Shown here: positions 56,163-64,000 of the stretch, piece after piece
Position numbering within the stretch: position 1 is the stretch's first letter
How the letters are laid out: every line of letters begins with the position of its first letter
From: a virus
Strand: one strand, 5' to 3'
DNA length: 64,000 bases
Virus record (IMG/VR): IMGVR_UViG_3300032224_000591
Span: 103,757-167,756 of that record
Program-made: the position numbers and the translations under genes
Notes under the pieces: generated by a model
The model's input: only the letters and a program-made list of their open reading frames with translations
What the model was told of the DNA's origin: nothing
Database searches by the model: none

Positions 56163-56908
56163 AGTCATACAAAACCATTTTTGTTTCTGATATACATTTG
56201 GGAACAAAGATGAGTCAGGCAGACCAGCTGCTTGAGTTCCTAAAGACAGTTGAAACAGAGAAGATATATTTAGTTGGTGACATTATTGATTGTTGGGCCA
56301 TGTCGAAGAAAAAGATATGGTCACAATTTCATAGTGACGTAATTCAGAAGCTACTTCGTCGAGCAAGAAAGGGTGTAGAGATTGTCTACATTCCTGGTAA
56401 TCATGATGAGATGATGCGTGAGTATTGTGACGCAGAGTTTGGTCATATTATGCTCGTTGAGGAGTGCATACATATAGGTGTTGATGGCAAATTATATCTT
56501 GTTACTCATGGTGATCAGTTTGACATCGTTATGAGAAATAGCAAGTGGCTAGCACATCTAGGATCTTGGGCGTACGATGTTAGTATTGATTTAAGTCGTG
56601 TTGTCAATAAAATTCGTGGGATTCTTAAGTTGCCTCACTGGTCTCTATCGGCGTACTTAAAGTATAGAGTTAAAGAATCTGTAAACTTTATTGGTGACTA
56701 TGAAGAGACTCTTACTAAGTACGTGAAAGGTAAGAAGCTAGATGGTATTATTTGCGGTCACATTCACCATGCTAATATTCGTGATATTGGCGGCATTAGA
56801 TATATGAACTGTGGTGATTGGGTAGAGTCATGCACTGCTCTTGTAGAGAACCATGATGGATCATTTGAGATTGTCAAATGGAATTTAACTAAAGGATTAA
56901 TAAAATGA
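56159..56908 (+). CDS. PlcP/LpxH2-like metallophosphoesterase (putative phospholipase C)
   Basis: SDIHLG, LVGDIID.W, DVIQKLLRRARKG, PGNHDE, HGDQFD, CGHIH, NCGDWVESCTA. Confidence 0.85.
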   Translation: MKSYKTIFVSDIHLGTKMSQADQLLEFLKTVETEKIYLVGDIIDCWAMSKKKIWSQFHSDVIQKLLRRARKGVEIVYIPGNHDEMMREYCDAEFGHIMLVEECIHIGVDGKLYLVTHGDQFDIVMRNSKWLAHLGSWAYDVSIDLSRVVNKIRGILKLPHWSLSAYLKYRVKESVNFIGDYEETLTKYVKGKKLDGIICGHIHHANIRDIGGIRYMNCGDWVESCTALVENHDGSFEIVKWNLTKGLIK

Positions 56909-57705
56909 AATTAACATCCTTGGTGGTTGCACTTTTAGCGACCACAGGATTTGCCTATGCGGCAGATCAAGCACCACCTAAGCCAGTTGCTGCATGTGCA
57001 GCGATGGTACCATATGGAATGCCAGGGTCAAAGCCTAATGAGCCAGTCATTTGCCGCGGTGGTTATATCCTAGAGCATAATAACACAGCCAAGATTCCAG
57101 GTTGGGTTGCATGGACACTAACGACTGAACACGCCATCAGCTGTCTTCCACGCGAGGATGCCTTCGCTGCAGATTTGTCGCTTGGTCCTAATTCAGCTAA
57201 GCCTTCTGATTACGTTGGTTCTGGTTATGACCAGGGCCATCTAGCACCAAATGCTGACATGTCTTACAATGCAACTATTGCTCGTGAGTCGTTCATCATG
57301 TCTAACATGAGCCCACAGCTCCCCGGTGTTAATCGTGGTACGTGGAAGAATCTTGAGTCTGCTGGTCGTGCATGGGCATACTCAAACAAAGCTTCCTATA
57401 CTATCTACGCTGGTAATATCTGGAAGCCGACTAGTAAGACGATTGGACCAGGTAAGGTTGTAGTCCCTGACTTCCTCTTTAAGATCTTGGTAAATAACAA
57501 CACTAAGCAGTCACTAGCATTCATCATGCCTAATATTCCCGGTACAGATCAGAACTTTACGCTTTATCAAGTGACAGTTGCTGATGTTGAGAAAGCGTCC
57601 GGCTATACATTCCCGGTTCCTGATGCTAAGACAGCTAAGAACAAAGTCCCGCCAGTTGATCTTAAGACGATCACTGCCGACAAGAAGAATAAATGTAAGG
57701 CTTAA
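56905..57705 (+). CDS. Secreted DNA/RNA non-specific endonuclease
   Basis: Signal peptide, YDQGHLAP, SNMSPQ...NRGTW..LE. Confidence 0.93.
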   Translation: MKLTSLVVALLATTGFAYAADQAPPKPVAACAAMVPYGMPGSKPNEPVICRGGYILEHNNTAKIPGWVAWTLTTEHAISCLPREDAFAADLSLGPNSAKPSDYVGSGYDQGHLAPNADMSYNATIARESFIMSNMSPQLPGVNRGTWKNLESAGRAWAYSNKASYTIYAGNIWKPTSKTIGPGKVVVPDFLFKILVNNNTKQSLAFIMPNIPGTDQNFTLYQVTVADVEKASGYTFPVPDAKTAKNKVPPVDLKTITADKKNKCKA

Positions 57706-57707
57706 TC

Positions 57708-57860
57708 ATGGGAACCGATTATCTATGTGAACAATGCGATGCAGAGTATCAAGTCATTCATCGCGAGAAAGATCCAGTGTCCTTTTGTCCCTTTTGTGGG
57801 TGGCAGAAGGATCTAGATGAAGAAACTGAGGAAGACGAAGAGCTCTGGGACGACGAGTAG
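57708..57860 (+). CDS. 50-aa zinc-ribbon protein with acidic tail (not in ORF track)
   Basis: CEQC...CPFCG. Confidence 0.7.
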   Translation: MGTDYLCEQCDAEYQVIHREKDPVSFCPFCGWQKDLDEETEEDEELWDDE

Positions 57861-58270
57861 TGTCCTACGAAAATCCGTGGACCTATGAAGGTAACTTAGT
57901 AGATGAAGAATTAGTGTACAATCATGTTGGTTTTGTGTATAATATAACCAACATGACAACAGGTAGAAGCTACATTGGTAAGAAGCTTTTCACTAAGGCT
58001 AAGACTAGGCAAGTGAAGGGTAAGAAGAAGCGAACTAGAGTAGCGTCTGACTGGATGGATTACTACGGCTCGAATAAAGAGTTACAAGCTGATGTAGAGC
58101 AACTAGGTATCTACAACTTCAAAAGAGAGATACTAAGACTATGCAAAACCAAGGGCGAGTGCAACTATTGGGAGGCTCGATACCAATTCGATTATCGAGT
58201 TCTCGAGTCTAACGACTATTATAATTCGTGGATCATGGTTAAAGTCCACAAAGCGCATCTGCCCATGTAG
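57860..58270 (+). CDS. GIY-YIG-like endonuclease
   Basis: GFVYNIT...SYIGKK, YYGS, FKREIL; stop inside tRNA-Leu. Confidence 0.8.
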   Translation: MSYENPWTYEGNLVDEELVYNHVGFVYNITNMTTGRSYIGKKLFTKAKTRQVKGKKKRTRVASDWMDYYGSNKELQADVEQLGIYNFKREILRLCKTKGECNYWEARYQFDYRVLESNDYYNSWIMVKVHKAHLPM

Positions 58271-58338
58271 GCCAACTGGTTAGAGTCAGCGGACTTAAAA
58301 TCCGCACAGTGTCGGTTCGAATCCGACCATGGGCACCA
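58261..58338 (+). tRNA. tRNA-Leu(TAA), short variable loop
   Basis: Loop CT-TAA-AA, 78 nt, CCA. Confidence 0.93.
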
Positions 58339-58360
58339 AACTTCTAAAGGATGTACTTTC

Positions 58361-58690
58361 ATGAGTAGTATCATTATGCCGTCTCGAAGATTATTCCTTG
58401 GCGGGCTTATAGCTGCACCTGCTGTTATTGCAGCAAATAAGCTTATGCCTATCAAGTCCTTCGATTTACTGGATGTACCTCAGGAAGAATGGGTTTTGAT
58501 AAAGCACTTTGGTAATAATCCAACTTCTATGGCTTGGATGCCTAAGATTAAATTTGCTACTCAAAATACTGTTGATCTTTCTGAATATAGAATTGTTAGA
58601 ACAGAAAAAGTTCCCGCTCGTACTAATTATAAAACAATACATGCAGGAACTGAATTTTTAACAATTCACAATGCACCGATCATTACTTAA
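58361..58690 (+). CDS. Protein with twin-arginine-like signal
   Basis: SRRLFLGGLIAAPAVI. Confidence 0.65.
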   Translation: MSSIIMPSRRLFLGGLIAAPAVIAANKLMPIKSFDLLDVPQEEWVLIKHFGNNPTSMAWMPKIKFATQNTVDLSEYRIVRTEKVPARTNYKTIHAGTEFLTIHNAPIIT

Positions 58691-58697
58691 ACACTAA

Positions 58698-58774
58698 ACT
58701 CGCGTCGCCAAGTGGTCTAAGGCCAGTCGCTCATAACGGTTTCATCGGGGGTTCGAATCCCTCCGCGAGTACCA
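58698..58774 (+). tRNA. tRNA-Ile2 or Met (CAT)
   Basis: Cloverleaf, CCA. Confidence 0.9.
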
Positions 58775-58794
58775 TTTCAACAAAGGAGTATACT

Positions 58795-58884
58795 ATGGCA
58801 CATCCTCATAAAAATCGTCCTCGTAAGGGCCGTCGTAAGATTGGCTCTAAGAAGCGTAAGCAGAGGAATAAGAGGAAGAGGTGA
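58795..58884 (+). CDS. 29-aa K/R-rich peptide (not in ORF track)
   Basis: MAHPHKNRPRKGRRKIGSKKRKQRNKRKR; AAGGAG RBS; GTGA overlap with next gene. Confidence 0.7.
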   Translation: MAHPHKNRPRKGRRKIGSKKRKQRNKRKR

Positions 58885-59240
58885 AACTCTTCCTACTAGC
58901 TATGGCCATGGTATTCCCACTATCAGCATATTCCGCTGATATGAATGGGCAATACCATGGCACTGCTTCTTGGTACCAGAAAGGCACCAAGACGGCAAGT
59001 GGCCAAAAATTCAATCCTCATAAGTATTCAGTGGCACATAAAAATCTACCATTTGGTACGATGTTGCGTTTGACTAATATAAAGACTGGTGCTACGATCG
59101 ACGCGGTCGTTAATGATAGAGGACCGTTTAAGAAGGGCCGAGAGCTTGATGTGTCACGTGCTGGTGCAATCTCTCTTGGATTCTTCCATAGTGGTACGGC
59201 AAAGCTTCTAATTGAGGTGTTGACCGACCTAAAGAAATAA
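58881..59240 (+). CDS. rlpA: RlpA-like lytic transglycosylase (DPBB)
   Basis: GTASWY, TASG, AHKNLPFGT, VNDRGPF, LDVS. Confidence 0.9.
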   Translation: MKLFLLAMAMVFPLSAYSADMNGQYHGTASWYQKGTKTASGQKFNPHKYSVAHKNLPFGTMLRLTNIKTGATIDAVVNDRGPFKKGRELDVSRAGAISLGFFHSGTAKLLIEVLTDLKK

Positions 59241-60160
59241 TGGAGAATGATATGCACAAGACACTTCTAACTGTAGGGATTATGTTTGCAGCTATAACTG
59301 CCACCACACCAGTACGTGCTTGGTCTCTGTCTGACCTTTTTTCTAGTCCACAACCAGAGGTTCAGCAACCAGTACAGCAACCGAAGAAGGTTGTCAAGAA
59401 GCGTACTAAGAAGCCAGTAAAGCAGGTTAAGGCTCCTGTTAAAGTAGCACCTGAGAAGAACGCGTTCACAAAGTGTGATTCAGTGTTTGGTATTGGTTGT
59501 GGCATGGTAGCAGCGGCACCCACTGCAGCGGCTATCACATATGGTGTTGGTATGAATGCACCATCAATCTCAAGTGAAGATATGTCTGCCTCACAGTATT
59601 GGGCAGAAGAGGCTAAGCGCACTCAAAAGACTGTAGTTGCATCATTACCTAAACAGTCTATCGCTAAGAACTTAAAGACACGTGAAGAGCATCGTCGTGA
59701 GATGGTGATGAACTGCAGTTGGTTCACATGCACTCCTGGTTTTGCTGAACCGGTTATGGAAGCAAAGAAGTGGGAAGGCAAGACTGCTAAGGCAAATAAG
59801 AAAGAATTACAATCGTTGTTTGCTGATGGTAAGATTCCACCTATCGATCCATCACGTATCCCATGGTGTGCCGCATTTGCTAATGCGATCCTATCTAGAA
59901 CTGGTCATGCTACAACTGGTAGTTTGACTGCTAGAAGCTTCCTTCACTGGGGTACAAAGACTAAAGACCCTAAGGAGGGTGATATTGTAGTTCTTGCGCG
60001 CGGCCGTGATAGCTGGTCCGGACATGTTGGTTTCTTCCAAGGCTTTGAAGACTTTGAAGGAGTCAAATACGTTAAGGTGCTTGCTGGTAATACAGACAAG
60101 GCAGTTCAGGTTGGCTACTTCCCTGTGAGTAAAGTTCTTGGATACAGAACAGCAGCCTAA
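59240..60160 (+). CDS. Secreted CHAP/NlpC-type peptidoglycan peptidase (TIGR02594-like)
   Basis: PWCAAFAN, ARSF..WG, GHVGF, AGN. Confidence 0.85.
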   Translation: MENDMHKTLLTVGIMFAAITATTPVRAWSLSDLFSSPQPEVQQPVQQPKKVVKKRTKKPVKQVKAPVKVAPEKNAFTKCDSVFGIGCGMVAAAPTAAAITYGVGMNAPSISSEDMSASQYWAEEAKRTQKTVVASLPKQSIAKNLKTREEHRREMVMNCSWFTCTPGFAEPVMEAKKWEGKTAKANKKELQSLFADGKIPPIDPSRIPWCAAFANAILSRTGHATTGSLTARSFLHWGTKTKDPKEGDIVVLARGRDSWSGHVGFFQGFEDFEGVKYVKVLAGNTDKAVQVGYFPVSKVLGYRTAA

Positions 60161-60436
60161 CGATCGATATATAAGTTATAGAAAAATAAACGGGCAGTAT
60201 GTTATTCTCGATACTGCCCGTGATCAAATCTTACTATTAACAATTGAGAAAAAAGTTTGCTTGTTTATCATGGAGATTTTGAATGGCAGAGGTCGACCTA
60301 GTAAAGGTTGAGCTCGAGTGGTATAAACAAATCCTCGAGCATATCAATAAAGTTCTATCTAATCCGCAAATGACCGATGATGAAAAGGTCAGTTCAGCCA
60401 CGTGGCTTGTCAAACAGTTGAAGAAGAGTGATCGTG

Positions 60437-60997
60437 ATGATTGATAAGGATGAGAAGAAGACCGAGATTCCTAACATCGAAGACCATCACTACTTTATGT
60501 TCACTAAAGAATTTGATGCCGATTCATCAGCCGACGCCATTGAGTTCATTATTGCTCGTAACCTGATGAAGATCAAGCCGAAGATGATGAAGATGATCAT
60601 TAATTCTCCAGGTGGAGAAGTGTCTGCTGCCTTTGCACTGATTGATACGATGAAGGGATCTCGTATCCCAATCTATACATATGGTCTTGGCGAGATTGCA
60701 TCTTGTGGCTTGATGACATTTATTGCAGGTGATCATGGTCATCGCTACATCACACGTAATACGGCAATCCTATCACATCAATATAGCTGGGGTCACTTTG
60801 GTAAAGACCATGAGCTTATGGCACGTGTGAAGGAATTCAATAATACCCATGCACGTATCCTTGATCACTATAAGAAGTGCACAGGCATGTCTGAGAAAGA
60901 TGTGAAGAAGTATCTACTTCCACCTGAAGATGTATGGCTTACGGCTAAAGAGGCTGTTAAGTATGGTATTGCTGATGAGATTGTGGACTTTTACTAA
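60437..60997 (+). CDS. clpP: ClpP-like protease
   Basis: INSPGG, IASCG (Ser), SHQ (His), DVWLTA.EA..YGI.D. Confidence 0.9.
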   Translation: MIDKDEKKTEIPNIEDHHYFMFTKEFDADSSADAIEFIIARNLMKIKPKMMKMIINSPGGEVSAAFALIDTMKGSRIPIYTYGLGEIASCGLMTFIAGDHGHRYITRNTAILSHQYSWGHFGKDHELMARVKEFNNTHARILDHYKKCTGMSEKDVKKYLLPPEDVWLTAKEAVKYGIADEIVDFY

Positions 60998-61144
60998 TGT
61001 GGAAACTCTGGGCAAAAGCGCTTGGGGAAAAAGCGAGCGATGCGGATGGTGAGGCTGATAAGGTCGCTATCATCAGGACATTCATTATTATTAGCTACAT
61101 CATCACTAACATGTTCATCGTTGCAGGCGTAATTAGGCATTGGA

Positions 61145-61375
61145 ATGGGTAAATACAATTGGGTATTTTGGGCCGAGTGGATTTCAACTGCGGTCCTCAT
61201 ATGTGGTTGTGTTCTAACAGCCTTCAATATCTACCCACTCAACATATATCTAAGTCTAGCTGGTAACTTTGGTTGGGCTATAGTTGCAGTTGAGTGGCGT
61301 AAATGGTCACTGTTAGTTATTCAAGGCGTAGTATCAATCATCTACATAGCTGGTGTTGTAAAGGTGCTGACATGA
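61145..61375 (+). CDS. Small 3-TM membrane protein
   Basis: Hydrophobic, NIYPLN. Confidence 0.7.
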   Translation: MGKYNWVFWAEWISTAVLICGCVLTAFNIYPLNIYLSLAGNFGWAIVAVEWRKWSLLVIQGVVSIIYIAGVVKVLT

Positions 61376-61788
61376 CAGATAAAATTAACATTAAAACGTA
61401 TCAAACAATTGTGCCGGAACCATTCTCACCAGAGGCGACAAGGTTCGAGTACTTCTGGCGTAATCAACTAGATGATGATAATAGGAAGGATCTTGAGTCA
61501 CTCTGCGATGGTGAGGAGCTCTATAGTACTTTCGATAAGTCTGCCTGGATCATTGTGTATGATGGTGATAAGGCTATCGCGTTTACTAAGTTCCTAGTGT
61601 ATCCTGACCGTTCAATCAGTGAGCTGACATACTCGCCTAATATTGAGATTGCCAATGAGTTGTTTTTCTATGAGATCATGATCATGAGTCAGATCATGTG
61701 GGAAGGACAATACCACTTTCTAGCTGATACGTACCAACCTCTCTTTGACAAAACAAAGATCCCAGGATTCGAGAAGGTCGATATATAA
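61372..61788 (+). CDS. Hypothetical protein, possibly GNAT-like fold
   Basis: IIVYDGDKAIAF strand pair; weak. Confidence 0.5.
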   Translation: MTDKINIKTYQTIVPEPFSPEATRFEYFWRNQLDDDNRKDLESLCDGEELYSTFDKSAWIIVYDGDKAIAFTKFLVYPDRSISELTYSPNIEIANELFFYEIMIMSQIMWEGQYHFLADTYQPLFDKTKIPGFEKVDI

Positions 61789-61811
61789 ATACCCAAAAAC
61801 ATGGGTGTAAC

Positions 61812-62540
61812 ATGCAGAGCTTCACAGAATATCTGACCGAAACTAAAATCTCACTTGAGTATCATAGTGAGCTAAACCAGAAGCTCTGGAACGGAACTAA
61901 CCTAAAACCACAGGTTAGGGCTAAACTACTTCAGTTTGCGTACGCGTGGGCTGACTTTGCAAAGATTCCACGTAGCATGATTCAAGACATCATAATGATC
62001 GGTGGAAATGCAAACTATAACTATACACCCCAATCAGACATCGATGTACATCTAGTCATCAATAGAAATGCATTTGCTAGAGGTGCTAGCAGAGAAATCA
62101 TCGATGAGTACCTGCAGGATAAGAAGCTACTATGGACACTTACACACAAGGTGTCTATCCTAGGTTACTCAATTGAGCCGTATGCTCAACATAGTGAAGA
62201 TCGCGCTGCTGCTAATCAAGGTGTGTTCTCTCTGAAGAATAATAAATGGTTACAGTTCCCCAATCGCGGAAGTTATAATTGGAAGAACGATCCTTCGCTT
62301 AAGCGCAAGGTCATTTTTTATAAACGATCAATTGATGAAATTATTAAGAATAAGATGGATGGTGAAGCTGTTAGAGAGATGAAGCGTAAGATACGAGATA
62401 TGCGTAGTGCGGCTATCACAAAGGGTGGCGAGTTTAGTTTTGAGAATCTCGTCTTCAAAGAGTTGCGCAATCGTGGTTATCTAGACCGCATCAACCGCTA
62501 CGAGCAAACACTCAAAGATCAAACTTTGAGCTTAAAATAG
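61812..62540 (+). CDS. Pol-beta-type nucleotidyltransferase with capsid-targeting-like N-terminus
   Basis: GGNANYNY..QSDIDVH, GEFSFENLVFKELR; starts MQSFTEYLTE; late promoter 61784. Confidence 0.85.
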   Translation: MQSFTEYLTETKISLEYHSELNQKLWNGTNLKPQVRAKLLQFAYAWADFAKIPRSMIQDIIMIGGNANYNYTPQSDIDVHLVINRNAFARGASREIIDEYLQDKKLLWTLTHKVSILGYSIEPYAQHSEDRAAANQGVFSLKNNKWLQFPNRGSYNWKNDPSLKRKVIFYKRSIDEIIKNKMDGEAVREMKRKIRDMRSAAITKGGEFSFENLVFKELRNRGYLDRINRYEQTLKDQTLSLK

Positions 62541-62743
62541 TGGTGTACAAACCAGCTATTTGAATATATAATAGATCTACAATATGCAGAGGATCATGAC
62601 ATGAAGACTTTGAAATCAGTCCTTACTAAGTGGGAAACAATGACCGACTTCGAACGAATGGTCGCCGAAGATATGGTCAAGCAGGGATATGATTATCTAG
62701 ACCCTGCTGACATCCAAGAATTTTGGCGGGAGCTTATATCCAC

Positions 62744-63004
62744 ATGGACAGAGTAGTAATATATAGTAGGGATAACTGTGCCTACTGCGCATACGCTAAG
62801 AACCTTTTAGAGTCTAAGGGAATTGACTACATGGAGCTTAAACTCGACGTAGACTTCTCGAGAGAAACTCTAGCAGAGAACTACCCAACAGCTAAGACTT
62901 TTCCTGTTATCACAGTCGACGGTTTCTACATTGGTGGTTACTCACAACTCGCAGAACGAATCAACTCAACAGCAAGTGAAAATACACAACTTCTAACTGA
63001 ATAG
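62744..63004 (+). CDS. Glutaredoxin
   Basis: CAYC, TFPVI, IGGY. Confidence 0.92.
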   Translation: MDRVVIYSRDNCAYCAYAKNLLESKGIDYMELKLDVDFSRETLAENYPTAKTFPVITVDGFYIGGYSQLAERINSTASENTQLLTE

Positions 63005-63012
63005 GTGATGAT

Positions 63013-63288
63013 ATGAATGGTAAGTACCAGCGTGATGCAGTCCTTAAGGATCTGCATGAGAATGTTATTGAAGTGACATTCACTAAGGTCAATGGTGATC
63101 AGCGAGTTCTTCGTTGTACTCTTGATCCTAAGTATCTCCCTCCTAACTACGATGCGCAGCATCTTGATGAGCAGCATAAGAAGAAGGAAAATCTTTCTGT
63201 GATTGCTGCATGGGATTTGAACAACAACGGTTGGCGCTCCTTCCGTATTGAATCAATCCAGTATCTTCAGGTCATTGACGCAGGATAA
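63013..63288 (+). CDS. WYL/SH3-like conserved T4-like protein
   Basis: VTFTKVNG..R...CTL, WD....GWRSFR. Confidence 0.8.
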   Translation: MNGKYQRDAVLKDLHENVIEVTFTKVNGDQRVLRCTLDPKYLPPNYDAQHLDEQHKKKENLSVIAAWDLNNNGWRSFRIESIQYLQVIDAG

Positions 63289-63292
63289 TATC

Positions 63293-63580
63293 ATGACTAA
63301 GTTGGTTATGGTTGAAACTCTATCACAGTTTCGACATAGATATGTCGTAGAACTGCCAGACAATGCTGAAAACAACTGGGCAGTTGAGGACGTCATTATC
63401 ACGGGTGGCGTTGAAGAGTTTAGTCAGACTCACTTGGGTGAGCTTGACTTCTCAAGTCGTGAAATCACAAAAGAAGAGTACCTACGCTTGTTCGATGAGG
63501 ATGTATCCTATTGTAGGGATTGGTCCGAAGAGCAGAAGCTTAAGTTCATCCATCAATCAACTGCACTAGAAGGAAAATAG
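63293..63580 (+). CDS. Conserved hypothetical protein
   Basis: VETLSQFRHRYVV, EFSQTHLGE. Confidence 0.7.
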   Translation: MTKLVMVETLSQFRHRYVVELPDNAENNWAVEDVIITGGVEEFSQTHLGELDFSSREITKEEYLRLFDEDVSYCRDWSEEQKLKFIHQSTALEGK

Positions 63581-63581
63581 T

Positions 63582-63950
63582 ATGTCACACTATTGGGGGT
63601 ATCACCTCATGCTGGATTGCGCTGAATTGGATCATGATTCAATCACAGACGCTGAAGTAATTTATAAGTTCGTCAAGCGTCTTGTCAGAGATATTGAGAT
63701 GGTCGCTTATGGCGAACCACAGATTGTAAACTTTGGCTCAGGTAATAAGGCTGGCTACACGTTGGTCCAGTTGATCGAGACATCTAACATCTGTGCACAC
63801 TTTGTGCCTGATGATGGTAATGGTGGCAACGCCATGTACCTCGATGTCTTCTCTTGCAAGTCGTATGATGATGAGGTTGTGATCGATCTTGTTCGCCAGT
63901 ACTTCGGCGCAAAGTATATTCGACCTAACTATCTGACGCGTCAAGCCTAA
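63582..63950 (+). CDS. S-adenosylmethionine decarboxylase-like proenzyme (SpeD/SpeH family)
   Basis: GYHLMLDC, GYTLVQLIETSNICAH, YLDVFSCK. Confidence 0.8.
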   Translation: MSHYWGYHLMLDCAELDHDSITDAEVIYKFVKRLVRDIEMVAYGEPQIVNFGSGNKAGYTLVQLIETSNICAHFVPDDGNGGNAMYLDVFSCKSYDDEVVIDLVRQYFGAKYIRPNYLTRQA

Positions 63951-64000
63951 GGAATTTATAATGAGTTTGATTTTCTCTGATTTCGATCAGAATTCTGAAA

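Noticed and set aside
56159-56908. Lipid A enzyme LpxH
   Set aside because: Sequence pattern and glycosyltransferase neighbour fit the LpxH2/PlcP subfamily better; not excluded without phylogeny
57860-58338. Mobile homing endonuclease or att site at tRNA-Leu
   Set aside because: Protein is a short single GIY-YIG-like domain without DNA-binding tail; no integrase or duplicated tRNA 3' end in window

Overview
64 kb of a large T4-like (Tevenvirinae/Kyanoviridae-type gene order) lytic myophage genome, almost entirely + strand. Core genes: gp44 (partial), gp62, regA, hsp20, gp43, uvsX, gp41, gp61, thyX, nrdA, nrdB, glutaredoxin. A ~19 kb accessory island between regA and hsp20 holds repeated early-promoter cassettes, a 26-tRNA array interleaved with structured non-coding spacers and enzyme genes, outer-membrane proteins and spanins; 31 tRNAs in the window cover all 20 amino acids. 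Host is inferred to be an alphaproteobacterium, probably Hyphomicrobiales/Rhizobiales (tRNA-His with G1:U72/A73 and no G-1, Omp25/RopB-like OMP, DUF1127). Best candidates for new biology: (1) an unannotated 42-aa ArfA-like ribosome-rescue gene together with four CDSs whose stop codons lie inside tRNA 5' ends, so tRNA maturation would make them non-stop mRNAs; (2) a late operon csgF-csgG-curlin-FecR-curlin-CHASE2 adenylate cyclase; (3) a PlcP-like phospholipase plus glycosyltransferase coupled to nrdB (possible phosphate mining from membranes); (4) enzymes with T4-like capsid-targeting N-termini, including an RNA-ligase/nucleotidyltransferase fusion; (5) several unclassified structured ncRNAs. 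All calls are from motif recognition by eye; no searches or folding programs were run.
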